Shown here piece by piece: positions 26,101 to 35,837 of a stretch of DNA of 64,000 nt. Location: IMG/VR virus record IMGVR_UViG_3300042562_001598, positions 1 to 64,000 of that record; one strand, 5' to 3'. Within the stretch, counting starts at the first letter, position 1. Every line of letters starts with the position of its first letter. The notes beneath the pieces are model-generated. The model saw only the letters and a list, made by a program, of their open reading frames with translations, was not told the origin of the DNA and searched no databases. Position numbers and translations under genes: made by a program.

Positions 26101-28123
26101 AAAAAATCAATTAAGTGGTTCTGGTAAAGTAAAAGATTCTATCGCTGATAAATTTTCAGTAACGGCGATGGCTTGTAGACGAGTTGTTATTAAATCTATA
26201 GTGGTTGTACCGACTGTAGTTACACCATTACCAACACCAATACCAAATGTTATTACCGACCCTGTTGTCGCGACAATTACACCACCAACTCCAGACCCGT
26301 TGAGTGCTAGAAAAAAAGGGATTAGTAAGAAAATTATAAGAACCTTATTGACAGAATGTAATTATTTTGATGTTATTAAAGATAAAGACCCGATGGTTTA
26401 TGATTCAATTAGGGAAAAAGTTAAATATTTTAACCCTGCGTTTCACTCTATGACACCTGAAGGTTTAAATAGTCGTTTAACATTTTTAAATCAATGTGTT
26501 AGACCTGGTGAAACCATACCGGTTATAGATTCCGATGGTAAACCAAAACATAATGACGCATTAAATACATCATTTGGTTCAGCACCGGTATTAATATTAA
26601 GAATTGGTGATTTTTTCAATACTAAAATAATACCAAACAATGTATCATTTACTTATGACCCATTAGTTTTAGATATGAACCCTGAAGGTATTGGAGTACA
26701 ACCTATGATTGCTAATGTTACTTTAACTTTTGATATTATTGGAGGAATGGGATTGGCAAAACCTGTAGAAGAGTTACAGAACGCTTTATCGTTTAATTAT
26801 TATGGTAATACTGAAATATATGATGAAAGAGCTACAGCGACTGAAGATGTGTCTAAATTAGATGCTAAATTCGCTGCGGAATTTTATGAAACTCCCCCAA
26901 CTCCAAAAATTGAAAATAAAATTACTAATGACGCCGGTAGTACTATTGGTACTATAATAACAACTATACCTGTTACTAACGGACAAACCGGTGAAATCTC
27001 GTATCTCACTATTATGGATAAATTATTGAATAGTTCTAAAGAATATTATACCAATATTCCAAATCAAATGGAATCAAGTATAAAGGCTTATAATTATGGT
27101 ATTTGGCAATTAGTTACTCAAGATAGAAATTATACTAAAGGTGTGTTAGGTGATGTTAATGGTAGTGATAAAATAAGTGATGTTCTTATTTATGGAAAAC
27201 CTAAAGAGGATGTTGAAACAAAAATAAATTCGTTATTTACCGAATTTATTAAAGATGTTGAAAAACCTAAAGATAGTAATAATAATTTCATTATCAAAAA
27301 TTTAGCAAAATATAAAGATTTAACAGAATCCGATATTAATAATGTAATTCTTAATTTCGTTAAATATATACAAGATTTTAAGAATGATTTTAGTCCTGGT
27401 ATCTTTAATATTACAAATACTATTGTGGAACAAGAACAAAATATGAATATTATTTTTAATAAACTTAATTTCATTACTAGTAAGTCAGATGGTAAAATAA
27501 TAGATAATCAAAATAGAATATATAATATCGCTGGAACAACTGAGGTAAGTCCTCAAAGTACAAATGTTGTTGATACATATGCTGAATTATGGGCTGATTA
27601 TAGTGAAGTTGGTAAAAAATTAATTGAGTTTAATTCTATAATGGTAGATAATAAAGTTATTACTGATAAATATACTGAACCGGGAGGTTTTACACCTGAA
27701 ACTAATGTGTTATCTTTAATTGAAGATAGACGAATGTTTATGGTCATGGCTAGAGTGTTTGAGGATAAAAATAAATTGAAGGACTTTCAAGATAAAATCA
27801 TTTCAGGCGAGGTGTTAAAAGTTAAAAAATTATCGTTTTTAAAACGAAAATTTAATAGTATATGTGATGACTTTAGAGATATTGTTAAGGACGAATTAAA
27901 GGCTGAAGAAAAGTTAATTGTTGGTGTAAAAAAACTTGATAGATATAAAAAATTCTTAGATAAATCAACTTATGTTAAAGGTAAAATGAGAAAGTTTACT
28001 TATACTACAGTTCCTGATGATACTAAAATTGCTTTACAGACGAAAATGTTAACAGAATTATACTCAACTAAAAATAGTAATGATGATAAAACAACCTTTA
28101 ATGGTAAGGTTCAATTTAATTAA
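23147..28123 (+). CDS. Large baseplate/tube-initiator-like protein containing an OmpA-like domain
   Basis: WNSTSFLGRPEPMFTYKDTKRSGSLSWKIIVD initiator-like motif; INLIGSAS...YNINLSKRRIDSV...MGE...CRRVVI OmpA C-terminal-like motif. Confidence 0.6.
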   Translation: MSNSFLSFTSSSSFRNSLMAKNLAPYNVQGVYSPQVSNLTYETILGDSQVIDSPNNLIAEDPYVKILYPLNEYGPTGGYNPNILFNGPLLPVTPNQGPYAPTQSDVLTGNDVYLNKDRFSPYINNIFTPDGGYRNIFDVVTNSFTYHYASLYGTNFVASSYSPISILLSNDPTGSNGLLSQDSYIARIGALRLNELFKDRINNEIFKNTVGRVNLNALQDPFEISLLLTGQQPLIYKNWKITVPENPIFSVADFATRLAGAYWPVSLIPGDYFEDNTLNGQTKQTSAALNVVNQLTGGFLGPILNKRRNPSEIFLSNTGNGQRSALFANIDYNKYQPSYNKTFGGLLGIGQALVNLAINLINPSNGTLVGGYYVGSRNAEPSVITSPANQVPVDSFGKQLQTPVYGPSELGILYEGNEGKLNFGLGGKNNTENTSGGLVWTSPKYKSNAGFHATPGGGSGSMDGGFNDISATYTRDESTNVDFKEGSILDQTQRLINSADNVSGINRLKHVGNAMNQVSKVFHDGYKEITKGSKVVSYTKNTTGEEKGIEYCRVFTKDNPYLTYNDLQKSDGITTTGRQFTNSVLDNTYNLNIAPLRGEGSTNIQKNSENKLVAKKYMFSIENLAWRTSSRPGFRVEDLPVCEQGPNGGRVMWFPPYGLTFSDSSTANWNSTSFLGRPEPMFTYKDTKRSGSLSWKIIVDSPSVMNLIVEEQLKGKNKEKIDSILDSFFAGCAKYDIYDLAQKFNQIPMNQLYDFQEALSDPKITKEQYEAIFKEIPTGGDANTNQTQAKDATITKLEDGYIGVGYYFDNDIPDPNSRATTSSVSFETTYAAYTSANNIETYQKTSEGAFNSGLSYCKTNPGYCENQTKVTEFFDNIVKDNYEKLSKEFITDLFNVLKEKKGKVTINLIGSASSSANPDYNINLSKRRIDSVTKFMKDVKVGDDSLTQFFDDKTLIISDKPMGEGAEVNVKPLGKNGSGQEVDCSKNQLSGSGKVKDSIADKFSVTAMACRRVVIKSIVVVPTVVTPLPTPIPNVITDPVVATITPPTPDPLSARKKGISKKIIRTLLTECNYFDVIKDKDPMVYDSIREKVKYFNPAFHSMTPEGLNSRLTFLNQCVRPGETIPVIDSDGKPKHNDALNTSFGSAPVLILRIGDFFNTKIIPNNVSFTYDPLVLDMNPEGIGVQPMIANVTLTFDIIGGMGLAKPVEELQNALSFNYYGNTEIYDERATATEDVSKLDAKFAAEFYETPPTPKIENKITNDAGSTIGTIITTIPVTNGQTGEISYLTIMDKLLNSSKEYYTNIPNQMESSIKAYNYGIWQLVTQDRNYTKGVLGDVNGSDKISDVLIYGKPKEDVETKINSLFTEFIKDVEKPKDSNNNFIIKNLAKYKDLTESDINNVILNFVKYIQDFKNDFSPGIFNITNTIVEQEQNMNIIFNKLNFITSKSDGKIIDNQNRIYNIAGTTEVSPQSTNVVDTYAELWADYSEVGKKLIEFNSIMVDNKVITDKYTEPGGFTPETNVLSLIEDRRMFMVMARVFEDKNKLKDFQDKIISGEVLKVKKLSFLKRKFNSICDDFRDIVKDELKAEEKLIVGVKKLDRYKKFLDKSTYVKGKMRKFTYTTVPDDTKIALQTKMLTELYSTKNSNDDKTTFNGKVQFN

Positions 28124-28125
28124 AC

Positions 28126-28452
28126 ATGGGTAAAAAACAATATTATAACAGATATAACGATTTTATTATTGACGGGAAACAAACTGTTTTTCCGTATGTG
28201 TCAATTCCAGGTAAAAGTTCGGATAAAAAGTATATTTATCGTGTTGGTCAGTCAAGATTAGATAAAATATCACAACAATATTATGGTTCACCATTTTTTG
28301 GGTGGTTAATATTACAAAGTAATCCTATTTACGGTGGTGAAGAATGGACTATTCCAGATGGGAGTGTTTTGACAGTTCCATTTCCTTTAGTTGCGTCAAT
28401 ACAAGATTACAATAATGAGTTAGATAATTATTTTTATTATTATGGTAGGTAG
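28126..28452 (+). CDS. LysM-like baseplate wedge protein (T4 gp53/P2 gpX-like)
   Basis: YRVGQSRLDKISQQYYGSPFFGWLILQSNP motif. Confidence 0.75.
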   Translation: MGKKQYYNRYNDFIIDGKQTVFPYVSIPGKSSDKKYIYRVGQSRLDKISQQYYGSPFFGWLILQSNPIYGGEEWTIPDGSVLTVPFPLVASIQDYNNELDNYFYYYGR

Positions 28453-31400
28453 TTCGGAAAATATATTAGTTGAGTTTGATTACAATAATATTACAATTAT
28501 TGACCCTAATAAAGTTATTGATAGTGATGGAAAAGTAAAAGAACGAAATGTTAAGATGGAGGATTTAGTAATGTATGCTAATTTAGAATGTAAATTAGTA
28601 CCAAGAACTAAATTAATTTATGGTATTTCAAATAACAATGATGTACAAAACATTTCTATTGCTAATATTAACTTCTTAAATCAAGGTGGTAAAACTTTAT
28701 TAGATAATTCATATACTGATGAGTTAACCGGTAAAGGTGTTTTGCAAGGATTAGGTGTCAATCAAGTAAAACAAGATAAGATAAGTACATCTGATAAACC
28801 AGATGATTATTTTATAAAACAAACTTTAATGTCTAATGGTAAGGTTGGTGCTGTTGATAATGGGTTATTAGGTATTACATCAATAAATATTAATCAAGGG
28901 ATGGATTTCCTACCTTCAATTTCGGTGACTTTAGAAGATATTAAAGGGCGAGCGATGTTTGAAGCGGGTGACAATTCACCTTATGCGGCATTTTTCAATT
29001 TACCATATCCTATGTTTACATTAACAATTAAAGGTTATTATGGTAAAGCTGTTAAATTATCTTTAATGTTACAAACATTTACATCTAGATATGATAATGT
29101 TAATGGTAATTTTAAAATTGACTTAAAGTTTTATACCTATAAATATACAATGTTAAGTGAGGTAACTATGGCAGCATTATTAGCCACACCTCATATGTAT
29201 CAATCTAGGTTAAAAATAAGTACTAAAACAACAACTGGAGCTGTTAACCCAACAGAACCTACAAAGGATGTTGTGGTTGAACGAGGATTTCAAAAGATAA
29301 AAGAAGTTTATAGTGAGTATAAATCAAAAGGTTTAATACCTGACGATTTTCCTGAAATTACTTTAGTTCAATTAAGAAATAATATTGAAAATTTTATTAA
29401 AAACATATTAGATTCATTTACTAAACAAAATTTAGACCCGTTAAGTTATATTGAAGAATATCAAGAGTCATTACGTAAATATGGTGGTGAGGTTTTTTTA
29501 TATGGTGGGACAGATTCGTGGTTTGGAGAATATATGGACCAAGAAAATTTTTTTATAAAAAAGGATGGTTCTAAATTATATACTTTTAAAACAGAGTTTC
29601 AAACAGGTCAAAAAAATACTGACGCTATTAGTAAACTAAATGGTATTATTAAGAAATATAATGAATTATTAAAAAATGATAAAACATTAGGTGAAAATGG
29701 TAGTTATACTATTGATGGTAAAGTAATATCATCTAAAGTAAGTTTTGATATTGCCTATGGAACTTTTACTAAAGATATTAGAGAAGTTGATATAAATTTA
29801 CTTGAAACTTATTTATTAAGGACAAAAACAAAAAGTGTTACTGAAGATAGTGTTGAATTTAAAGCGTTTGTTCTTAAATTACAGACTGATAATTATTTAA
29901 ATAATATCAGGATTAGAGATGCGATGGGAAATAAACAAACTGGTTTTCAGTGGTTTGCTTTTGAAGGTAAAGATAATTTTGAGGGTGTATTAAATAAAAT
30001 TTCTAAAGTCGCTGGTGATTTTACAGAACAAATACAAAATGAATTAACCAAAGCTTTATCTACTTTATTACAGAGTAAAGCTAATGGTATTGGGTTTGTC
30101 CCAACAATTAGAAATGTTCTTGCTGTTGTTTTTGCAAGTGGTGAGGGGTTTTTAAGATTGATGGATGATGTTCACACACAAGCTTGGGAATTAAGAAATA
30201 ATGACACTAGAAAAAATGTTATTTTTGACACAACAATAGCTAACGCTTCACAAGATAATTTAACATCGGGTGATGTTAAAAATCAACCTGTATTCCCTTG
30301 GCCACAAATGATTGTTGGTACTAGTGGTGAAGATGGGTCTGAAAAATATACAATTACTTATCCTGGTGATAAGGAAGTTATAAATAAAACTAAAGCTTAT
30401 TTATCACATATTTGGCCTGAAGTTGAATTCCTTGAAGAATTTGTCCGTGGTTATACTGAAAGAGATAGTGACCCTACACCTTCAACACCTAAAAATAATG
30501 AATTAAATGATATTCAAAGAGTTTCATTTACCCCTATTGAATTTCCGGTTGACAATTCTGTTTATGGTAATAAAGAGGAAGTTAAATTTTTTTATGAAAT
30601 ATTTGAAAGAATGTTTATGACCTCTAATTATTCTGGTTTAATTAGAAGTAGTGAGGACACAACAGATACGGATGTTATTACGAGTATTATTGCAGAAGGG
30701 GAAAACATTAATTTAACAAAAAGTTTATCAGATGAAAATCCGTTTTTGATTAAAAAATTAAAGGAATTTAATTTAAGTTCAGGTAATTTTGAGGTTTTAT
30801 TAAGACATATCTCAAATGATGGGACTGGGAATAGTTGGCAAAATTTTATAAGAGGTATTTTTAACACATCATATATTAAAAATAAAGTAAATAATTCAAG
30901 TTTTACTTTTATAGATAAAAATGTGTTTACAAATAGTAATGTTACTCAACCCTTAATATCTTTAGCTTCTGAAGATAAGATGGTTAATTTTATTTCTGAA
31001 AAAACAACGACTAATTCATATAATTTTACAGATTTATACCCTTTTACTGATTTACAGTGGGATAAAAGTAATTTATCTAATGGGTCGTCTATTGGTAGTG
31101 TTGAACAAACATTCAATACCACTAATGTATTAGTTTATAATACTAATGTAAAAACAATTAGTAATTTTAAACAAATAACGGATACTGATGTAAAAAGACC
31201 TATAACTAACTTTTTATTTAAAGATGTTAAAACACCTCAATATACTGAAGACATATATAATGGTGTTGTTAATAATATTAATAATTTAAATAGTTTCTAT
31301 TCAAGTAGATATTACAATACTCAATTACCGACAGAAGGTAATTTAAGATATTTTAATTACAGTGGTGGTGTGTCGGCAAATCAGACAGTATCTATCCTTA

Positions 31401-34400
31401 ATACACCATATTTTATTAATTCAATACAACAGGGTGTTAATAATTATTTATTAGATGTTGAGTATCCTTATAAGTCAGCGGCTTATTTATTCATTAATAG
31501 TTTACCTTTAGCTACTTTAAGAGAAAAATATAAAACATATGAAAATGAATCATCAAATGATTTAGATTATATTTTCGCAACATTAAAGAAATTTGGTGCA
31601 ATACATAAATTACCTTACGCTTGGGTATTAAAGATTGGTTCAATATGGCATAGATATAAAACATATGTTAATACTAATGTTGATATTATTGATACTTCTT
31701 GGTCAGGTTTTAGTTATACTAAAAACTTTTCACCTATAGCTAATTCTCCGGAGACAAATTATTCGTTAAATTTCAATAATGGGTTTTATGATATTGTTTT
31801 AGAGAAAAACACTACATTAGGTACTGAAGTTTCAACAGTTATTAATACAGGATTTTATCCTAAATTAATAAATGATTTTAATATTTTTTATCAAGGGTTT
31901 GAAGTTTATACTGGTTATACTAATTCTGACATTCAGAATGGATTCAATTCTGGGGTTACATTAAATTATGTACCATCAGCAATTATTGATTCAAAAGAAG
32001 GGTTTGATAGTAAAAATAAAGGTAGAGATTTAAGAATTGTACCTTGGTCTGTTTTTGTTAATACTAGAGATGGTATTTCATCATTTATTATGCCATCACA
32101 AGGGTCGTTAATTAATCAAACTAAAAACGAATGTTTCACTAATGAAGGTAAGTTAGAGTTTGAAGTTACTGGTAATACCGCAATGTATAACGGTTCGGTT
32201 CGTTTATTTTGGTCAGCGCCTAATTATGGTTACTTTGATGTTAATAAGGTTGTTAAACCATTACCGCATCAATATATGAAAAATGTTTCACCAACATCAT
32301 ATTCTGTATTTGGATTTTCAGTTTCAACACAAGAAAATTATTCAATTAATGGTCAAAGTAGTGGATACACTTCTATGAATGAGATTTTTTCTGTATTTGA
32401 AAAAGATATATTAGATAAGTTTGAAACGGAATTTTTAGATTTTTCTAAATCAATATATGATTATCAAAGTACGGACATTTCAAATACTGATAGTAATTCC
32501 GAAAAATCATTTAAGAATTTTCAGATGTTGATGAGAGATTTAATGAAAGTCCCTAAAAGTAAAGGTATTGACGGTAAAGAAATCATTACTGATATGCAAA
32601 AACAACAGATAACGAGTCTTAGTAATGGGTTGAATCAATTTTTAAATTATGATGTAGTTTTCAAATATGGTAATCCTGCTAATTTTGATAAAAGGTTATT
32701 CTATAGTTTTTCAAGTCCTAAAATTACTAACCCATATACTTGGGATAAGTATTCAATAACAACACCAAATACTTTACCAACTAGTGGTGGAAGTGTTACT
32801 TTATTACAATCTAAAACTAATTCTCCTGATGTTTGGAAAACTTTGGAAACTTATGTTGGGTTTTCAGATGTTAGTGGTCTTACTTATAGTAATAACGGTT
32901 CTTGTATTACTGATTTTTTTGTTGATTGTAATGTAGCGTTTAATACTGAAAATATAATTAATTTAGCACCAATTATTAAAATATATGCGACTCAAAAATT
33001 AAAAGATAAAACTTTAAATTATTCTAAATTTATAAAATTAATGGATAATTATATTTTATCGGTTAAGAACTTCCAAGATAAAACCTTTAATAATTTAATG
33101 ATTAGATTACGACAATCATTACCTGATGTTGGTAATGCTTCTAAACCTAATTTTGAAACTGTTTTAGAAGGTACTCAAACTAAAGTTGAATTATGGGAAT
33201 CGTTTAAAGCTATTAATGATAAATGGATTTCCGGTGGAGATTTTAAAACTAAAACATTATTTGAGGATGTGTTATTATTGGATAGAGCTAGTAGAAATGT
33301 AGGTAACGAGATTTTAATTGATGTTTATAAATTAAAGGACTTATTGACAAATATACCTGAAAAAGTGAGTATGTTAAGTTTTGTTCAGACTATATTGGTT
33401 GAGAATAATTTTGTTGTTATGAATTTACCATCCTATGTTAATTTTTATGGTGTTCAAGACGCGGTAAAAAATCCAATACCAAAAGCTGAAGGGACTTTAG
33501 ATTTTGCAAATACAATGTTTGGTGCGTTTATGAATGTTGATTATAGAGAATCTTCGGCTAAATTAGTTTGTTTTTACGCAAGTAAACCAAGTGAACATGT
33601 TGAAATGAAAAACAATGTTGATTATAGATTCAAAAATGATGCGTTTGACTTAAGAAAAAATGACAATCCATTAGTTGAGAATCAAATGGGTAAAAATGAT
33701 TGGGATAAGTCAAATAAAGTTGTTGGGTTTAATGTTGACATTGGTCCTCAAAATCAATCTATATTCTATGGTTTCCAAGTTGACCAAAACCCTGGTTTAG
33801 CCACAGCAGAATCTTTAGAAGTTTTAAATCAAATGGCTAATTTATACGGCAATCGTGGAGGTGCAAGTCAAAATGTGTCATTATATAATTTATATAAAAA
33901 CAGAAGTTATACTTGTACAGTTTCTATGATGGGTAATGCTATGATACAACCGACAATGTATTTCAATTTAAGACATGTCCCTATGTTTAGTGGCCCTTAT
34001 TTAATTCAAAAAGTTACTCACGCTATAAATCCAGGTAGTTTTGAAACCATTATAACGGGTATAAGACAACCAACAGCGTCATTACCTAAAATAAATGATT
34101 ATATTCAATCATTAAAAACTAACTTATTGAAAACTATTATTGATAAAAATAAACAAGATAGAAAAAATAAAGAGGAGTCTATTAAATCAAATAGTAAAGG
34201 TGATGTTATAAAACAAAAAGCGGATACATATAATGATGCTATGAATAAGGGTGGAAATACTTCAGCTTCAGTTGCTAATTGTTATCCAGCTAATACTGGG
34301 GGAACTCAAAATATTGGGTATAGTGAATATGTTGTTGTTACAGCACCTAAAAGTACTAAAGAAAGTTTTAAAACAATTGCTGATTTAATTAGTTCTAAAA

Positions 34401-34819
34401 CTTCAGATAAAAAATTACGATACATTATTTTCACTACATTACATTTGGCTTCTGGAACTTTACAACAATTTGAAAGTAATGAAAACAATTTTGCGGGTAT
34501 TAAACTAAATGAATATTGGGGTGATGGAAGTAATAGTTATTTAAAAGGAAACCAATATTATTGTTCTGCGGGTAATCAACCATTCGCATTATTTAATACA
34601 CCTACAGACAATATTAATTTTTTAATTAGTAGATGGTCAAAAAGAGTTGGTAATATTAAAAGTATTACTAAAGAAGAATTAACTAAATTTTGGATTATAA
34701 ATGAGGATGCAACTCAAAAACTTCCTAATGTTTATTCTACTATGGATAAGACACAATTAACTAATATTGAAAATGAAGTACAAAAAGCTATTGATGTTGC
34801 ATACACTTTTTTCAGATAA
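28442..34819 (+). CDS. Very large baseplate hub protein (gp27/gpD-like) with a C-terminal GH73/lysozyme-like remnant
   Basis: 2125 aa following the gp53-like gene; hub-like CTVSMMGNAMIQPTMYF...YLIQKVTHAI motif; C-terminal ENNFAGIK. Confidence 0.6.
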   Translation: MVGSSENILVEFDYNNITIIDPNKVIDSDGKVKERNVKMEDLVMYANLECKLVPRTKLIYGISNNNDVQNISIANINFLNQGGKTLLDNSYTDELTGKGVLQGLGVNQVKQDKISTSDKPDDYFIKQTLMSNGKVGAVDNGLLGITSININQGMDFLPSISVTLEDIKGRAMFEAGDNSPYAAFFNLPYPMFTLTIKGYYGKAVKLSLMLQTFTSRYDNVNGNFKIDLKFYTYKYTMLSEVTMAALLATPHMYQSRLKISTKTTTGAVNPTEPTKDVVVERGFQKIKEVYSEYKSKGLIPDDFPEITLVQLRNNIENFIKNILDSFTKQNLDPLSYIEEYQESLRKYGGEVFLYGGTDSWFGEYMDQENFFIKKDGSKLYTFKTEFQTGQKNTDAISKLNGIIKKYNELLKNDKTLGENGSYTIDGKVISSKVSFDIAYGTFTKDIREVDINLLETYLLRTKTKSVTEDSVEFKAFVLKLQTDNYLNNIRIRDAMGNKQTGFQWFAFEGKDNFEGVLNKISKVAGDFTEQIQNELTKALSTLLQSKANGIGFVPTIRNVLAVVFASGEGFLRLMDDVHTQAWELRNNDTRKNVIFDTTIANASQDNLTSGDVKNQPVFPWPQMIVGTSGEDGSEKYTITYPGDKEVINKTKAYLSHIWPEVEFLEEFVRGYTERDSDPTPSTPKNNELNDIQRVSFTPIEFPVDNSVYGNKEEVKFFYEIFERMFMTSNYSGLIRSSEDTTDTDVITSIIAEGENINLTKSLSDENPFLIKKLKEFNLSSGNFEVLLRHISNDGTGNSWQNFIRGIFNTSYIKNKVNNSSFTFIDKNVFTNSNVTQPLISLASEDKMVNFISEKTTTNSYNFTDLYPFTDLQWDKSNLSNGSSIGSVEQTFNTTNVLVYNTNVKTISNFKQITDTDVKRPITNFLFKDVKTPQYTEDIYNGVVNNINNLNSFYSSRYYNTQLPTEGNLRYFNYSGGVSANQTVSILNTPYFINSIQQGVNNYLLDVEYPYKSAAYLFINSLPLATLREKYKTYENESSNDLDYIFATLKKFGAIHKLPYAWVLKIGSIWHRYKTYVNTNVDIIDTSWSGFSYTKNFSPIANSPETNYSLNFNNGFYDIVLEKNTTLGTEVSTVINTGFYPKLINDFNIFYQGFEVYTGYTNSDIQNGFNSGVTLNYVPSAIIDSKEGFDSKNKGRDLRIVPWSVFVNTRDGISSFIMPSQGSLINQTKNECFTNEGKLEFEVTGNTAMYNGSVRLFWSAPNYGYFDVNKVVKPLPHQYMKNVSPTSYSVFGFSVSTQENYSINGQSSGYTSMNEIFSVFEKDILDKFETEFLDFSKSIYDYQSTDISNTDSNSEKSFKNFQMLMRDLMKVPKSKGIDGKEIITDMQKQQITSLSNGLNQFLNYDVVFKYGNPANFDKRLFYSFSSPKITNPYTWDKYSITTPNTLPTSGGSVTLLQSKTNSPDVWKTLETYVGFSDVSGLTYSNNGSCITDFFVDCNVAFNTENIINLAPIIKIYATQKLKDKTLNYSKFIKLMDNYILSVKNFQDKTFNNLMIRLRQSLPDVGNASKPNFETVLEGTQTKVELWESFKAINDKWISGGDFKTKTLFEDVLLLDRASRNVGNEILIDVYKLKDLLTNIPEKVSMLSFVQTILVENNFVVMNLPSYVNFYGVQDAVKNPIPKAEGTLDFANTMFGAFMNVDYRESSAKLVCFYASKPSEHVEMKNNVDYRFKNDAFDLRKNDNPLVENQMGKNDWDKSNKVVGFNVDIGPQNQSIFYGFQVDQNPGLATAESLEVLNQMANLYGNRGGASQNVSLYNLYKNRSYTCTVSMMGNAMIQPTMYFNLRHVPMFSGPYLIQKVTHAINPGSFETIITGIRQPTASLPKINDYIQSLKTNLLKTIIDKNKQDRKNKEESIKSNSKGDVIKQKADTYNDAMNKGGNTSASVANCYPANTGGTQNIGYSEYVVVTAPKSTKESFKTIADLISSKTSDKKLRYIIFTTLHLASGTLQQFESNENNFAGIKLNEYWGDGSNSYLKGNQYYCSAGNQPFALFNTPTDNINFLISRWSKRVGNIKSITKEELTKFWIINEDATQKLPNVYSTMDKTQLTNIENEVQKAIDVAYTFFR

Positions 34820-34846
34820 CGCATATTTATATATAAAACACACATT

Positions 34847-35071
34847 ATGAGTACAAAATTAATATTAGATAATTATTTAGGTAAAAATACCAGACATTCA
34901 GAAAAAGATTTGGGTAATGGTTCTAAACAGGTATGTGATTTAGACACAGGAGATTGTTATACTATCAGAATGAAAGATGGTTTAATTGAAAGAGTTGATA
35001 ACACTTTAAATACAAATAAAAAAATCCAAGTTGAAACTTTAACTGGTGTAAAACAATTATTAAACGGATAA
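34847..35071 (+). CDS. Hypothetical protein
   Basis: 74-aa ORF with TATTTAT at 34824-34830. Confidence 0.7.
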   Translation: MSTKLILDNYLGKNTRHSEKDLGNGSKQVCDLDTGDCYTIRMKDGLIERVDNTLNTNKKIQVETLTGVKQLLNG

Positions 35072-35074
35072 ATT

Positions 35075-35740
35075 ATGAAAAAAATTGACGAAAAGATATT
35101 AGAAGAAATTGCTAGATATAATTCAATTAATTCTTATATTACAGAACAGGAAACGGCTTTACCCCCAGTTCCAGGTGAAGAAGAATTAGCTTTACCACCG
35201 GCTCCGGGTATGGAAGGTGTTCCACCTGTTGACCCTAATTTAGCTCCTGCGGCACCTGCGGCTCCTGAAACGGCTGCTGTTGATGTTGCGACTGACCCAG
35301 ATGTAGAAAAAGTTGAAGGTGATGGGACTGAAGAAGGTACAACAGAAGAAATGGACATTACTGATTTAGTTAAGTCTCAAAAAAATATTGAGAGTAAACA
35401 GGAAGAGTTCTTTAATACTTTGTTTAATCATTTGAATGATTTAGATAGTAAATTAGGTGAAATGGATAACATTGTTAATACATTGAATAATTTAGAAGCT
35501 AAAATTGAAAAACTTAGACCTAAAACTGCTGAAGAAAAATTAGAATTAAGAAGTTTAGATTCTGGTCCATATACGACTAAGTTATCTGATTTCTTTAATG
35601 ACAAACAAGATGATTTTGAGAAAACTGGTAAAGAGTATGTTTTAACGACAGATGAGGTTCAAGATTATTCACCAACTGAGATAAAAAAAACTTTTAGAAA
35701 CTTTGGAGATGAGACTAACTCATTTACAAACATAAGATAA
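35075..35740 (+). CDS. Acidic Pro/Ala-rich coiled-coil protein (possible head core/scaffold-type protein)
   Basis: ILEE and ITEQ in the leader, a Pro/Ala/Glu low-complexity tract and a heptad region LNDLDSKLGEMDNIVNTLNNLEAKIEKL. Confidence 0.6.
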   Translation: MKKIDEKILEEIARYNSINSYITEQETALPPVPGEEELALPPAPGMEGVPPVDPNLAPAAPAAPETAAVDVATDPDVEKVEGDGTEEGTTEEMDITDLVKSQKNIESKQEEFFNTLFNHLNDLDSKLGEMDNIVNTLNNLEAKIEKLRPKTAEEKLELRSLDSGPYTTKLSDFFNDKQDDFEKTGKEYVLTTDEVQDYSPTEIKKTFRNFGDETNSFTNIR

Positions 35741-35744
35741 ATAT

Positions 35745-35770
35745 AACGACCTTCGGGTCGTTTTTTTTTT
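35745..35770 (+). terminator. Intrinsic terminator
   Basis: aacgac-cTTCGg-gtcgtt followed by 10 T. Confidence 0.9.
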
Positions 35771-35779
35771 ACATATAAT

Positions 35780-35808
35780 TTGACTAACTAGATTTCTTCG
35801 CTTATACT
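35780..35808 (+). promoter_or_regulatory. Sigma70-like promoter for the ssb/recA replication block
   Basis: TTGACT (35780-35785), 17-nt spacer, TATACT (35803-35808); lies immediately after a terminator. Confidence 0.75.
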
Positions 35809-35837
35809 TATCTAAACAATTAAAACTTATATAATTT

